Notes: generated by a model from the sequence alone, not told the origin. DNA of 64,000 nucleotides from Candidatus Bathyarchaeia archaeon (GCA_049513715.1 JBEKVV010000002.1:256001-320000), one strand, 5' to 3'; shown: positions 39,026-50,442, counted from the first letter of the stretch. Numbers and translations: made by a program.

Positions 39026-39412
39026 TTGGCGCACAAAGCTCTGAAAGCAGCGCGAGGTGTTCCGGGAGGGCGGGACGCTATGCGTATGATGCAGAAAATG
39101 GGAATGAAGATTGATGAAATCCAAGGCGTGTCCGAGGTCGTCATAAGGACGTCGACCAAGGATATTGTGATCGTTGAACCCAGCGTCACCGCTGTGGTTG
39201 TTCAGGGTCAGAAGATGTACCAGGTGGCGGGAGGCGAGGTTAGAGAGGCCCAAGCTCAGGCGCAGGTAGCACCCAGCGGGCCTACAGATGCTGACGTCCA
39301 ACTGGTGGCGCAGCAGACTGGAAAGTCAGCGGAGGAATCCAAGAAGGCTCTTCTTGATGCAGGAGGGGATCTCGCCAAAGCCATCCTCCAGTTGAAGAGC
39401 GCAAATCTCTAG
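39026..39412 (+). CDS. nac: Nascent polypeptide-associated complex protein
   Basis: MMQKMG, V.EV.I, YQV.G, and UBA-like DVQLVAQQTG...GDLAKAI. Confidence 0.93.
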   Translation: MAHKALKAARGVPGGRDAMRMMQKMGMKIDEIQGVSEVVIRTSTKDIVIVEPSVTAVVVQGQKMYQVAGGEVREAQAQAQVAPSGPTDADVQLVAQQTGKSAEESKKALLDAGGDLAKAILQLKSANL

Positions 39413-39420
39413 GGCATGCT

Positions 39421-40089
39421 CTAAGCGGTTAGGGCAGATGTCTTCAGCTGTTCTCGTTCCACTTTGGCCATCCTGCTCTTAATTCTCTTAAGCCTGAAGA
39501 AATCCTCTCGCTCCCCCTCTTCCAAATGCATTTCGATATAGCGTATTGTGGCTAACATACGGGGTATGATCACGTATTCGAGCGAGTTAACTCTCCTCTT
39601 CGTTGCAGCTATCGCCTCCGCAAGTTTCTTCACGGCTGCTTCCGCGCTTGAGAGCTCTGCTATGGCCTTGATCGCCTCAGCCATCTTCAAAGTCGCCTCG
39701 TCGAGGGTAATCGATGTGTCATAAATGTCGTAGGGAAATCCCGTGAGAGGTTTTATGTTGACTTGTATGTAGGGTATCGTAACGCCAATCACGTTTCTGC
39801 TCTTCGACTCAATCGTGAAACGATCCTCGACGCCAATCGATGTTTGTTCGAGTTTCATGGATCCCATAGCCATCTGTGCTTCTACAAAGTTGTCGTAAGC
39901 CCCTGCCAAGAGATCCTGTGCTTTGGCACGGAGGACAGAGATTTCTTTGACGAACTGAAAGAACTCTATCATCAAGGCGTCAAGTTTCTGTCTGAGGAGG
40001 TCGCGACCCCTTTCAGCTATTGCTCGTCTCTTGCGTAGTGTGAGTAGTTCCATGCGGGTTGGGTGAACACCTGCGATGAGCTCAGGCAA
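39421..40089 (-). CDS. atpD: A/V-type ATP synthase subunit D
   Basis: [24 protein letters not shown]. Confidence 0.96.
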   Translation of the reverse strand: MPELIAGVHPTRMELLTLRKRRAIAERGRDLLRQKLDALMIEFFQFVKEISVLRAKAQDLLAGAYDNFVEAQMAMGSMKLEQTSIGVEDRFTIESKSRNVIGVTIPYIQVNIKPLTGFPYDIYDTSITLDEATLKMAEAIKAIAELSSAEAAVKKLAEAIAATKRRVNSLEYVIIPRMLATIRYIEMHLEEGEREDFFRLKRIKSRMAKVEREQLKTSALTA

Positions 40090-41485
40090 GAGCTTTCCCA
40101 GCCCGGTACTTCGGGTGGAATTGTTTGATCGTCGCGGGGTCGACCCGTTTGAGTTCGCTTTCAGGCAGAGCCGCCAACAAATCCCAACCTAGGTCTAACG
40201 TTTTCTCGATGTCGCGGTTTTCGTACTCGCCTTGGCCTATGAATCGCCTTTCGAAGTCGTCTGCGAATTTGAGGTAAATCTTGTCTCTGGAGGACAGCGC
40301 TTCTTCACCAACGACGGCGACTAGGTCCCTGAATGCTCTTCCTTCGGCATAGGCGTAATAGAGTTGGTCAGACGTCTCCCTATGGTCCTGTCTGGTCCTC
40401 TCCTTGCCTATCCCTTCCCGCATGAGGCGGGATAGCGAGGGTGAAACGTCGATCGGTGGGTAGATGCCTTTTCTATGCAAGCCCCGGTCCACGATCAACT
40501 GGCCTTCGGTAATGTAACCCGTCAAGTTCGGAATGGGGTGGGTGATATCATCATGAGGCATTGTTAGAATCGGCATCTGCGTGATGGAACCTTTAGCGTT
40601 GCGTATTCTACCTGCACGTTCATAAATCGTGGACAGGTCGGTGTACAAGTAGCCAGGGTAACCTCTTCTGCCAGGCACCTCTTCCCGGGCCGCTGAAATC
40701 TCTCGAAGGGCTTCAGCGTAATTCGTCATATCAGTCAAAATGACGAGTACATGCATGTCGAGCCTGAACGCGAAATATTCGGCTGCGGTTAAGGCCATTC
40801 GCGGGGTGAGGATTCTTTCGATTGCGGGGTCGTCAGCCAAATTGATGAACATGGTGACGCGCTCTAAGGCTCCTTGCCGCTCGAAGTCTTCCCGGAAGAA
40901 CCGCGCTTCGTCCGCGGTAATGCCGATGGCCGCAAAGACTGTTGAGAATGGTTCCTCAGTTCCCCTGACTCTTGCTTGTCGGGCCACTTGGGCCGCGACA
41001 CGGTTGTGTGGGAGGCCAGCCCCGGAAAAGAGCGGAAGCTTTTGCCCCCTGACGAGTGTATTCATGCCGTCAATAGCCGATATGCCGGTTTGGATGAATT
41101 CGCGGGGGTAGGTTCTAGCGTACGGGTTGATGGGTGCACCGTGCACATCCAAATATTCTTCGGGGATGATGCGAGGGCCACCGTCTATGGGTGTGCCGCT
41201 TCCGTCAAGGATTCTCCCTAGCAAGTCGCTTGAAACGGGAAGCTTCACGGTTTCTCCCAAGAAGCGGACACTTGTTGAGGGAATATCGAGGCCTGAGGTG
41301 CCCTCGAACACTTGCACGACTGCCAAGTCGCTTCTAACCTCAAGAACTTGACCCCTCCTTTCTTCACCAGTTGGTGTACGTATTCGCACGAGTTCGCCGA
41401 ATCCAACGCCTTTAACGTTCTGAACGAAAAGTAAGGGGCCCGAGATTTCGTTGACGGTAGAATATTCCCTAACTACTACAGACAT
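40082..41485 (-). CDS. atpB: A/V-type ATP synthase subunit B
   Basis: [28 protein letters not shown]. Confidence 0.98.
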   Translation of the reverse strand: MSVVVREYSTVNEISGPLLFVQNVKGVGFGELVRIRTPTGEERRGQVLEVRSDLAVVQVFEGTSGLDIPSTSVRFLGETVKLPVSSDLLGRILDGSGTPIDGGPRIIPEEYLDVHGAPINPYARTYPREFIQTGISAIDGMNTLVRGQKLPLFSGAGLPHNRVAAQVARQARVRGTEEPFSTVFAAIGITADEARFFREDFERQGALERVTMFINLADDPAIERILTPRMALTAAEYFAFRLDMHVLVILTDMTNYAEALREISAAREEVPGRRGYPGYLYTDLSTIYERAGRIRNAKGSITQMPILTMPHDDITHPIPNLTGYITEGQLIVDRGLHRKGIYPPIDVSPSLSRLMREGIGKERTRQDHRETSDQLYYAYAEGRAFRDLVAVVGEEALSSRDKIYLKFADDFERRFIGQGEYENRDIEKTLDLGWDLLAALPESELKRVDPATIKQFHPKYRAGKALA

Positions 41486-41495
41486 CTGCTGTTCC

Positions 41496-43286
41496 TCACC
41501 TAGCGACCTCTAGAATTTCTTTGGACAATGCTTGGAATTGTTGCTCCATTCTCGCTTCAATGTCCTTGGCGAAGCTTCGGAATGTTTCAGGTGGATGAAT
41601 CTTCGCGCGAGCAATTTCCTCTTTCGCCGGAACTTCAAGGGCACGTTGGAGCGAGATTCCCTGTTCGACACCGGTTCGCATTTTCTCGTAGAATTTCATG
41701 ATGAGTGACATGAGTAGGAAGGTTTTCTCGGGTGGACAGTAACTGTCGATAGGGTGAAGAGCGCTTTGGATTAGGAAGTCTTCCTTGATCATGCGTGCAG
41801 CCTCAAGGATGACGCGTTGGTTCTCTGATAAGGCGTCGGGGCCGACGAGCATGACGATTTCTCTCAATTCCTCGTCTCGTTGAAGAAGAGCCATCGCTTC
41901 CTTACGTAGCGAGGACCATTGAGGGCCGATTTGTGTGCGATACCAATTCTCGAATGAGTCAACGTATAGGGAGTAGCTGGTTAACCAATCGATGGCTGGG
42001 AAATGCCGCCTCTCTGCAAGTGCCTTGCTCAACGCCCAGAAGACCTTTACAATACGCAGCGTGTTTTGCGTCACCGGCTCCGAGAAGTCACCGCCGGATG
42101 GTGACACCGCCCCGACGACGGAAACTGAGCCCAGTTTGTTTGGATCTCTGCCGAGCACTTTGACGCGGCCTGCTCTTTCGTAGATTTCCGCCAACCTTGA
42201 TGCCAAATAAGCCGGGTAACCTTCTTCGCCAGGCATCTCCTCCAATCTGCCTGAGACTTCACGCAACGCCTCAGCCCAACGCGAAGTTGAATCCGCCATC
42301 AAGGCAACATTGTATCCCATATCTCGGAAGTATTCGGCAAGCGTCACGCCAGTGTACATGCTTGCCTCTCGCGCCGCGATCGGCATGTTTGAGGTATTTG
42401 CAACCAGAAGCGTGCGCTCCATCAAAGGTTGTCCGGATCGCGGGTCCTTAAGCTCTGGGAATGTCTCGAGGACTTCTGTCATCTCGTTCCCGCGTTCGCC
42501 GCAACCTACATAGACTATTACGTCTGCGTCAGCCCATTTCGCTAACTGGTGCTGCGTAATTGTCTTCCCAGTACCGAAGTCTCCAGGGATAGCGGCTGTT
42601 CCGCCCTTCGCAATCGGGAAGAAAAAGTCGATAATCCTCTGCCCTGTTATCAGTGGTATGTCTGAGGGGACTTTCTCTTTCACAGGGCGCGGGATTCGGA
42701 CGGGCCAAGATTGCATCAAGTAAACCTGAACAGTTCCCTGTGCTGACTCAACTTCCCCAATCGGGTCTTCCAGAGTATAACTTCCTTTCGACGCTATGGA
42801 CTTGAGAGTTCCAGTTAGGTTCGGAGGAACCATGATTCTGTGCTTGACTAGAGTGGTTTCGGGTATTTCGCCTAGCACATCTCCGCCCACAACCTTATCA
42901 CCTTTCTTAAGGATTGGAGTGAATTCCCACTTCTTCTTCCGGTCGAGAGGTGTGGTGGTTATGCCTCTTCGGATGAATGCGCCACCCAAGTTTTGAAGAA
43001 CTGGTAATGGCCGTTGTGTTCCGTCGAAGAATTGGTTGATCAGTCCCGGACCTAGTTCCACTGATAGTGGCGCACCAGTGCGCTCAACTACTTCCCCCGG
43101 TTTGATTCCAGTGGTTTCCTCATAGACTTGGATTGTTGCCGTGTCCGCTTCTACTCGGATGATTTCGCCGATGAGCCCTACGGTACCCACTTTCACGAGC
43201 TCGTACATACGAGCGCCTAGCATGTGCGATGCAACAACAACTGGGCCAGCCACTCGCTCAATCCTTCCGGGCTTGAACGTGGACAC
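41496..43286 (-). CDS. atpA: A/V-type ATP synthase subunit A
   Basis: [34 protein letters not shown]; no intein. Confidence 0.98.
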   Translation of the reverse strand: MSTFKPGRIERVAGPVVVASHMLGARMYELVKVGTVGLIGEIIRVEADTATIQVYEETTGIKPGEVVERTGAPLSVELGPGLINQFFDGTQRPLPVLQNLGGAFIRRGITTTPLDRKKKWEFTPILKKGDKVVGGDVLGEIPETTLVKHRIMVPPNLTGTLKSIASKGSYTLEDPIGEVESAQGTVQVYLMQSWPVRIPRPVKEKVPSDIPLITGQRIIDFFFPIAKGGTAAIPGDFGTGKTITQHQLAKWADADVIVYVGCGERGNEMTEVLETFPELKDPRSGQPLMERTLLVANTSNMPIAAREASMYTGVTLAEYFRDMGYNVALMADSTSRWAEALREVSGRLEEMPGEEGYPAYLASRLAEIYERAGRVKVLGRDPNKLGSVSVVGAVSPSGGDFSEPVTQNTLRIVKVFWALSKALAERRHFPAIDWLTSYSLYVDSFENWYRTQIGPQWSSLRKEAMALLQRDEELREIVMLVGPDALSENQRVILEAARMIKEDFLIQSALHPIDSYCPPEKTFLLMSLIMKFYEKMRTGVEQGISLQRALEVPAKEEIARAKIHPPETFRSFAKDIEARMEQQFQALSKEILEVAR

Positions 43287-43379
43287 CGCAAATTCCTCGA
43301 CTTGATTGGAAGCGGGCTGTGATATCGAAGGTGCTTACTTATTGCTTTCGTTCATTTGAAGGCTCACATCGCGGCGCTG

Positions 43380-44378
43380 TTACTTGATCAGGTGTTCGCC
43401 TTCGTCCATGATTTTCTTTCCGTCAACCCAGACTGAGGATTTCAGGATTATTCCATCTATGTGCGTTTTCGAGTTCCAATCTGCGCCGGTTTCGTCGGGG
43501 TAGGGATCGCCGAAGGCGCAGTGTACCGAAGGGAACTTTTCGTCCTGCAGCAGAACGCCGGACAGTTTTTGGAGGTAGATGTTGGTTCCGATTGCGAATT
43601 CACCTAGCCTATTGCTGTTGGGGTCCGTTCTAAGGTATTCAATCAGTTCCTTTCTCAGCTGCTCATTCTTGCAGGTGACTGTTGATGGGTCCACTCGTGA
43701 GTCGTTGACTTGAAGTGTGACTGGGGTTTCTGTGAGTGCACCATACTTTTGGCTGAACCAGTCCCCCAGCTCATCGATTACAATCCTTCCGTTCGCCTTG
43801 TAGGCAGCTGTGAAGATTTCTCCTTCGGGAAGGTTGCCCCACATCCCCTTGTTGGGGTAGAGTCCGTCACATGGTTTCCATCTCCAATCGGGATGGAATT
43901 CAACATTCAAGTCCGTTCCCGCATTGTTGACGACCTTTGCTTTTCGGCAGCCCTTCACTGCTCGCTCAACTTTCTTGGTGAGCTCCGAGATCTTTTGGTA
44001 ATCAGCGCACATTCCTGTTTCCATAAGCGCCTTCGTCACGCCTGGCATGTGGGCGTGGCGTGCATATTGAAGCGCCGTTCTGATGAATGGACCCCTAACC
44101 GCAAGTTCGCCAGGTTTGCTCCCTGCAGCATAGAATGTTACGTTCGCCCATGGGATTGCATTTAGAATCTGCTTAGGTATTTCTTTCGCAGGGCGTTCCG
44201 TGAAATCTTCCAGGACGAGGAGCTTCACGTTTCCTTTTGAAACCCTCTCGGAGGCTTCTGAGATTGCTCGGCCAACTTCTAGTGTTGTGCGGTCCGTCAC
44301 GATTAGAACGTGTTCACCCTTCTTGACAGACATGCAAACTTCAACGGCGTTACGTGCCCCTTCCTGCAGTGTTCCCAA
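43380..44378 (-). CDS. M29-family aminopeptidase
   Basis: NLPEGEIF, GEFAIGTN, DEK...H.AFG, HIDG. Confidence 0.92.
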   Translation of the reverse strand: MGTLQEGARNAVEVCMSVKKGEHVLIVTDRTTLEVGRAISEASERVSKGNVKLLVLEDFTERPAKEIPKQILNAIPWANVTFYAAGSKPGELAVRGPFIRTALQYARHAHMPGVTKALMETGMCADYQKISELTKKVERAVKGCRKAKVVNNAGTDLNVEFHPDWRWKPCDGLYPNKGMWGNLPEGEIFTAAYKANGRIVIDELGDWFSQKYGALTETPVTLQVNDSRVDPSTVTCKNEQLRKELIEYLRTDPNSNRLGEFAIGTNIYLQKLSGVLLQDEKFPSVHCAFGDPYPDETGADWNSKTHIDGIILKSSVWVDGKKIMDEGEHLIK

Positions 44379-45137
44379 CTACTTTGCCTCCCCACTGACG
44401 AGAGTTCGCTTGTTTTGCCTTCGCCACAGGCCAATAATAAACACCCCTTCCACGATGAACACAACAACAAGAAGTGCCAACCCGAGCGGCTCAAGATATG
44501 TAACGATTAGCCTTGGGTAATATGTTTGGCCTGGAACCTTGTTGTGGGTGAAGAACTGTGTTGAGTAAAGGATTGGTGAATTCTCTTGCGTATCGCGTAT
44601 CACAACTCCATAATTCGGTACTCCCGACCGCCAATCCTTCACCATGTTCGTCACGTCCCAGTCCATCCAGACCAATGGGCCATCCCAGCCTCCTTGAGCA
44701 TTTGGAACGGTAGCCGTCGCGTGACGGTTTTCAGTATAGTTGGGTTGGTTACTCCAGTTTACATCCATCTCCTCCCAAGGTTGTGTGATCTGGTAGGCTC
44801 CGTAAATGCGCCCTGTGCTGTCGCCGATTCCTTGCGAGGGGTCGTTTGTGGTCTTGTGCCAAAGACGGAGCCGCAAGGTGGAACCCAATATCCACGCGTC
44901 CGAAGGAATCTTCTGAATATCGAACTGCACCCACCCACGCATGTTCTTAGGGTTCTTCAGCGACGACATGATCTCGAAGTTATCCGACCCGCCGTTGTTG
45001 GCATTTGGAACAGATTGCCAACTGTAACTGTCCTTCATCGAGTAGATCGTTAAGGTCGCCACCGATGTTGCCCAAAAGATTCCGATGGTCAAACCGTAAA
45101 GAGCTATGATGAGTATTGCAAAGTGGACGCGTTTCAT
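44379..45137 (-). CDS. DNRLRE-domain (disaggregatase-like) membrane-anchored protein
   Basis: DSY...NNG, FDI..IP, W.E..VNW.NQP, WDVT..V..W, NYG, PRL. Confidence 0.8.
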   Translation of the reverse strand: MKRVHFAILIIALYGLTIGIFWATSVATLTIYSMKDSYSWQSVPNANNGGSDNFEIMSSLKNPKNMRGWVQFDIQKIPSDAWILGSTLRLRLWHKTTNDPSQGIGDSTGRIYGAYQITQPWEEMDVNWSNQPNYTENRHATATVPNAQGGWDGPLVWMDWDVTNMVKDWRSGVPNYGVVIRDTQENSPILYSTQFFTHNKVPGQTYYPRLIVTYLEPLGLALLVVVFIVEGVFIIGLWRRQNKRTLVSGEAK

Positions 45138-45208
45138 GGAATCCAACCTGCTGCCGTTGCGGAAGAACAAAAGCCATAGCCATAACTGTTGCCATTGAAC
45201 TTGGTTCC

Positions 45209-45832
45209 CTGAAGGAGGCGCAGGCGATTCTTAATTTCCTTCTAAACATAAGCAAAATGAAATCAATTCCCCGCAGTGGCTGGATTAGCCACGGCATATC
45301 TTTGAATGATGTCGAATCCGTGGCAGAACACTCCTTCTCAACGTCAGCGCTCTCACTGTTGCTTGCAGACCTAGAAGTTGCGCGCGGAGCAAAAGTGGAT
45401 GTTGAACGTGTTCTTAGGATGGCTATCTTTCACGACATGGCGGAGTCATTGACCTTCGACATAAGTAAGGGGTACCTGAATTACTTGGGAAAGAGAGGTG
45501 CCTCCATCAAAAGTGAACTGGAACGCTCAGCGTGGAAGCACCTCGCCGATGGACTCAAGAATGATACCCTAGCCCGCGAGTACACTCGCCTGCAAAAGGA
45601 GTTTGATGCAGATGAGACTCTCGAATCGAAGATCGTGCATGCTGCTGACGGGTTGGACCTACTTCTACAGGTTATTGAATATCGGCGCAGAGGGTACCCA
45701 GAATTACTCTTGAGGGAACTATGGGATGGAACAAACGCCAAACTCAGGCAATCAGAGCTTCTCTCGGTTAGGCGTATTCATCGTGAGATAATCGCCGAGG
45801 CCAAGAGGATTGGTACGACACGAATCAGATGA
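45209..45832 (+). CDS. HD-domain 5'-deoxynucleotidase (YfbR-like)
   Basis: PRSGW, ESVAEHS, HDMAE, ADGLD; start uncertain (CTG 45209 or ATG 45257). Confidence 0.9.
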   Translation: MKEAQAILNFLLNISKMKSIPRSGWISHGISLNDVESVAEHSFSTSALSLLLADLEVARGAKVDVERVLRMAIFHDMAESLTFDISKGYLNYLGKRGASIKSELERSAWKHLADGLKNDTLAREYTRLQKEFDADETLESKIVHAADGLDLLLQVIEYRRRGYPELLLRELWDGTNAKLRQSELLSVRRIHREIIAEAKRIGTTRIR

Positions 45833-46256
45833 TGTGGATATAGTTGGACGGGAGTTGCACGACTCCGATTCCGTTCTCGTATATCCAGATGCCGAATTCC
45901 TCTGATTTGGGGTCAGCCACCAAGGACAGCGCATAAGTGGAGAATTGGTAAAACTGCATGTGCGTTTCTAGGTCAGTCTGTGACAGGAACAGGCCGTGCC
46001 CTGGATGGGAATGGTACCATCCAACGATTCGGCCATTTATCTTGCCTTCAACAATGTCATTCGCGACCTGGGCAAGGCGTTTGGGAGGGAACGCGCAGGA
46101 GACTTCGCTCATTTCACTTCCCCCTGGTATGATATCGTTCACCCAAAGAGAGGTATCCTCTAATGCGCCCATAAGTAGGCCGATTCGTTCGTAGGGCCGG
46201 TTCACGTCACGTGAAATACGTTCCAATACTCGGTTCGTGATGAAGACTTTGAACAA
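45825..46256 (-). CDS. JAMM/MPN+ metalloprotease (Rpn11-like)
   Basis: E.IGLLMG...VGWYHSHPGHGLFLSQTD...VADP. Confidence 0.92.
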   Translation of the reverse strand: MFKVFITNRVLERISRDVNRPYERIGLLMGALEDTSLWVNDIIPGGSEMSEVSCAFPPKRLAQVANDIVEGKINGRIVGWYHSHPGHGLFLSQTDLETHMQFYQFSTYALSLVADPKSEEFGIWIYENGIGVVQLPSNYIHII

Positions 46257-46514
46257 TAGTCGTCACAATTTGGAAGCCTAAGTGAAAAGTGGGGTCAGAT
46301 AAAACTTCATCCGCGAACTCCGATGAAACCTCTGAGCAAATAGTCCGATTTGGCCATATACCTGTCCATTGAACCCGCTTCCACCTGAACCCACCCCTGG
46401 GGACCTATTGACGATTGAGGCTGTTCTAATTTGTGGACTCTCTGTTCGAAAGCGTGGTGTTATTGCACAGAGAACACTCTCTCCAGTCAGTTGCAAGGAA
46501 CGGAGATGCAATAA

Positions 46515-47273
46515 ATGAGTGAGAAATCAGGCCGAAAAGTGTACTACTTGGCCGCCGTCGCGATAGTAGCAATTGTTCTGATCAGCTCCTTAGCCGCAAT
46601 TCGCCCACCAGTACTACAGACAGGGACCGGGATACCCCCAACTCCAAAAACCCTGCAAGTCAGCGGTACCGGAACGGTGACTGCAAATCCTGACCAGGCT
46701 GTCATTTCGCTCGCCGTCATATCACAGGCCCAAACAGCTACCCGGGCCACAAGTGACAATGCGGCAATCATGGCGAAGGTCCTGGATGCTTTGATCGGTG
46801 CAGGCGTGGGCAAAGGCGCTATTGAAACCACAGCGTATTCGCTGACTCCAATATATGAAAACACACCGGACCAGACAAATCCTCCCAAGATTGTAGGTTA
46901 CGGAGTCCGCAACGAAATTCAAATCACACTTCCCATCACAGCAACTGACTACAACATGATTGGCAAGGTTCTGGACGCTGCAATTTCAGCAGGGGCAAAC
47001 GAAATTGGAGGCATCATGTTCACATTCTCTACGGCTACGTACCAGACCCTTCAGAAACAGGCTATGCAGCTGGCACTACAAGACGCAGACGCTCAGGCAA
47101 AGGGCGTTGCTTCAAGTCTCGGTATACGCATAGTTGGTCCAATAGCAGTTACCCCCGGATACGTGTACCAACCAATCTTTAACAGACTAACCGCCTCCGC
47201 AGCCCAGACACCGATACAACCCGGCACACTGCAAGTTACAGCAACGGTCCAGGTGACGTATGAATTCGCCTAG
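46515..47273 (+). CDS. SIMPL/DUF541 domain protein
   Basis: VSGTG.V...PD.A, GY.V.N, GAN...I.F. Confidence 0.9.
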   Translation: MSEKSGRKVYYLAAVAIVAIVLISSLAAIRPPVLQTGTGIPPTPKTLQVSGTGTVTANPDQAVISLAVISQAQTATRATSDNAAIMAKVLDALIGAGVGKGAIETTAYSLTPIYENTPDQTNPPKIVGYGVRNEIQITLPITATDYNMIGKVLDAAISAGANEIGGIMFTFSTATYQTLQKQAMQLALQDADAQAKGVASSLGIRIVGPIAVTPGYVYQPIFNRLTASAAQTPIQPGTLQVTATVQVTYEFA

Positions 47274-47283
47274 ACTGGTGCAA

Positions 47284-47916
47284 TCACAAACCCAGGAACA
47301 TTGGCGTAATGTAAGTCTCAACATACGCTGCCACTGTAAACAGCAGAACAGACAACAACGAAAGCACCAGCGTATCCTTAATCCCCTCAATGAGAAGCGG
47401 TCGGTCAAGACTCCGGCCGCTCAATTTTGTGTAAATGGCTTTCGTCGAAGCCACATGCCAACGCGTCAGTCCAGCGAACTCCAAGATGAACGCTGGAATC
47501 TCGAAGATTCCATGTGGTGCTAACCCTGCAACAGTGTATGCGGCCCCACGTGTTACACTCGCGAACGACGCAACGCCTCCGATAACTATCGCGTTGAGTA
47601 GCAGTTCATATCCCAAGCTGAAGGCACCAACAACAGGGATCCACACCCATACACGGGTGGGGTTCCAGAAATGGCCGATGTTGTTGAGCAAGATTAGCCT
47701 GTACAAGTCAGGTGTGTACGGGGGCGGGATAGCGACAAGCTGCCGTGTCGTCCCAATAGCTGTCTGAAATGTCTTCACCAATTCAGGCGATGTCAGGAGG
47801 AAGATGTATGCGATCATTGCTGAGAGAAAAGTAACCATCAAGAATGTCAACGCGACTACTGAGATCAATAGCTTGTTCCGTACGAAGATCAGGCGGAGCT
47901 CGGTGAGAGCGTTCAT
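47284..47916 (-). CDS. SpoIIM/DUF95 membrane protein
   Basis: ILLNN, PHGIFEIPA, AAYVETYITP. Confidence 0.9.
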   Translation of the reverse strand: MNALTELRLIFVRNKLLISVVALTFLMVTFLSAMIAYIFLLTSPELVKTFQTAIGTTRQLVAIPPPYTPDLYRLILLNNIGHFWNPTRVWVWIPVVGAFSLGYELLLNAIVIGGVASFASVTRGAAYTVAGLAPHGIFEIPAFILEFAGLTRWHVASTKAIYTKLSGRSLDRPLLIEGIKDTLVLSLLSVLLFTVAAYVETYITPMFLGL

Positions 47917-47925
47917 CAGCCTCGC

Positions 47926-48837
47926 CTAGGTCTGTTGCGATTTCCCGCAGAACGGACAAAACTTGGCCTCTTCCGGAACTGGTCCACTGCAGCTATGGCA
48001 CTGCTTGCTTGGGATCTTTGGTTTGAGTGAGGCAAGGACTTGGTCTTCGAACAAAGCTTGGTCTTGGAAGTGTTCGTTGTAATCTTCCAGCAACTTATAG
48101 AACCAGTAGATCCAAAAAAGTCCCCCGGTAATTGCCGTCAATATGAGAAATAGGAACGGGTCCCGTCTGTGGAGCCTCCCTGGGGGAAGTGGCGAAAGAG
48201 AAATACTCATCTGGTTTAGTGTACTCGTAAGCATCACTTGGTAATTCTGCTGCCGGTCTTCGTGTTTGCGTAGGTCTTGGGTTAGGCTAAAGGCTGCAAT
48301 GAGGCTCACAATAGGCGAAACGAAAAAGTTGAGTATCGCCCATATAACCGCGGGTCTGTTTTCCTCTTCAGTTAGGTCGTCTTCAGTCATCTCTGCCAGT
48401 CTGGAAGCATTTTCGACTGGTACGGTCGAACAAGCTGTAAGGTACCTCGGCAGCATGGCGAAGAGTTGCTGTTGGCGCTTGAAGTGATTGTTTCTGCGGT
48501 CTAACAGGTAATAAATTGAGACGGAGTCGATGAGCAGTACCATGTAAAGTGCGACAATTCCAAGGAAATAGAGGGAGAGAATAGCTGCGACCGCTGGGAC
48601 GGCGGTTTCGGAACCTTGAAGGGACTGGAGATTCAGGAAGTTGGACAAAACGATTCGGATGATTGAGAGGACCAGCGTGATTCCTATTATTATGGGAAGT
48701 ATTGGGGCAAGCATCCAGATTTTCCCCATCCTACGATCACTCGTTGAACGCCTCCGAACGAGTTCCCCAATGCGCCTTAGCGAAGAATCAAGTTCTGTCA
48801 GCGGCCGCACCCTACCCTCCCCTGTCAAGACCAGCAA
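47926..48837 (-). CDS. DUF4234-like membrane protein with zinc ribbon
   Basis: RDPFLFLILTAITGGLFWIYWFYKL; CHSC...FCPFCG. Confidence 0.8.
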   Translation of the reverse strand: MLVLTGEGRVRPLTELDSSLRRIGELVRRRSTSDRRMGKIWMLAPILPIIIGITLVLSIIRIVLSNFLNLQSLQGSETAVPAVAAILSLYFLGIVALYMVLLIDSVSIYYLLDRRNNHFKRQQQLFAMLPRYLTACSTVPVENASRLAEMTEDDLTEEENRPAVIWAILNFFVSPIVSLIAAFSLTQDLRKHEDRQQNYQVMLTSTLNQMSISLSPLPPGRLHRRDPFLFLILTAITGGLFWIYWFYKLLEDYNEHFQDQALFEDQVLASLKPKIPSKQCHSCSGPVPEEAKFCPFCGKSQQT

Positions 48838-49003
48838 GCAACATATTCATTGCTCTCGTGTTCTCAGGCCACGCTACGTATGGCCTCTGACAACGGGATT
48901 GGGATGTCTGGTTGTGCCTCAAAGCGAGGTCTGTGCTAGGGCAAGTATCCAGCCGGTAATCTCTTAATCTTCATCAGCACTACTGTTTCGTGGTGTTTAG
49001 GGA

Positions 49004-49240
49004 ATGCCAAAGGCCTTCGTTTTCATGAATATTGATGCTGGCTCCGAAATTGAAATACTGAAGAGTCTGCGGGAGGTTCCCGAAGTTAAGGAATCCTTCT
49101 TCGTCTATGGGGTTTACGATGTCATTGCCAAGATTGAGACGGACTCGATGGACCGCCTGAAAGAAGTGATCACCTGGAAGGTCCGCAGGCTAGACAAAGT
49201 CCGGTCGACCCTGACAACCATCGTCAGTGAAGGCAAATAG
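49004..49240 (+). CDS. Stand-alone Lrp/AsnC ligand-binding (RAM) domain
   Basis: AFVFMN...VYGVYDVIAKI...VRSTLT. Confidence 0.9.
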   Translation: MPKAFVFMNIDAGSEIEILKSLREVPEVKESFFVYGVYDVIAKIETDSMDRLKEVITWKVRRLDKVRSTLTTIVSEGK

Positions 49241-49293
49241 CACTCTGAAGGCCGCCTGATCTCGGCGACCTATTAGAGTACTCAGTCTGGAAT

Positions 49294-50442
49294 CTAGCGG
49301 TAGGGCAGATATTCCTTTCCCAGAAGTTCCCGTGCCACAACTATTTTGTTGATGTCCGTTGTACCGTCGCCAATCATGGCCCCCCGAATTTCCCTCAAAC
49401 GGTACTCATCCATGCATTCCGTTGTAAAGCCTGTCGCTCCGTGATTCTGAAGGCAGTCGTTGACGATGTGGAATGTCAGCTGGGGGACATACCATTTGAT
49501 CATCGCAGAGTCTTTCGTTATCTTACGCCCCCTATCTTTCAACCACAGAGTCCTGTAGCAGAGTAACTTAGCGGCTTCAAGGGTCGTATAGCCCTCAACA
49601 ATCCGTCCTTGCACAGACTCGTACTTGGCAATCGGCCGACCGAACGCCCTACGCTGCTTTGCATATTCCACATTCTCTTCAAGCGCCGCTTCGGCTATGC
49701 CGACGCACCACACTGCGATGAGGGAGCGCATAAGGTCGAAAGTTTCCATGACGTAATAGAACCCGTGATTTTCCTCTCCGATCAAGTTCGATGCAGGAAT
49801 GGTCACATCCTTCAGAACTAATCCACCAAACGAGAAGAGTCTCCAACCCAGAGCATCGAAATTGTACTTCTCAATTCCTGGCCTGTTCGTTTCGACGAAA
49901 AACATGCTCACGCCTTTAGATCCCTTGTCCGGGTCTGTTTTTGCAAGAAGGCAATAGGCTCCGAACTCGTTCACACCAGTGATGAATTGTTTTTCCCCGT
50001 TCAGAACATAATTATCCCCCTTCCTAACCGCGCGGGTCGTAATAGCGGCAGCATCAGACCCAGCAGAAGGCTCAGTATTTGCTATCCCAAGCAGGCGCTC
50101 TCCCCTCGCAATTTCGGGGAGCCATTCTCGCTTCAAATGCTCTGGCCCATGCAATGCCAGAATCTCAGCCATGATGTCGGTGAGTGGGATTTGCCATCCC
50201 GCACGCCCGAGTTCTTCTGTAACAATTCCCATGGTGACGGCGTCAATTTCTTGACCCCCATATTGCTTGGGTATCCTTAACGCTAACAGGCCTTGCTTGC
50301 CCAGCTTTCTGTAGAGTTCCCACGGAAACTCGCCTTTTCCTTCGGCCTCCCGTATGTATGGTGTAATCTCCTTTCGTGCGAATTCGCGTACGGTTCGGCG
50401 GAGGAGTTCCTGTTCTTCGCTGAAATTGAAGTCTAATGTCAT
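49294..50442 (-). CDS. Acyl-CoA dehydrogenase (cyclohexanecarboxyl-CoA dehydrogenase-like)
   Basis: TEPSAGSD, LNGEKQFIT, R.AFG.PI, HGATG, IGDGT. Confidence 0.92.
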   Translation of the reverse strand: MTLDFNFSEEQELLRRTVREFARKEITPYIREAEGKGEFPWELYRKLGKQGLLALRIPKQYGGQEIDAVTMGIVTEELGRAGWQIPLTDIMAEILALHGPEHLKREWLPEIARGERLLGIANTEPSAGSDAAAITTRAVRKGDNYVLNGEKQFITGVNEFGAYCLLAKTDPDKGSKGVSMFFVETNRPGIEKYNFDALGWRLFSFGGLVLKDVTIPASNLIGEENHGFYYVMETFDLMRSLIAVWCVGIAEAALEENVEYAKQRRAFGRPIAKYESVQGRIVEGYTTLEAAKLLCYRTLWLKDRGRKITKDSAMIKWYVPQLTFHIVNDCLQNHGATGFTTECMDEYRLREIRGAMIGDGTTDINKIVVARELLGKEYLPYR

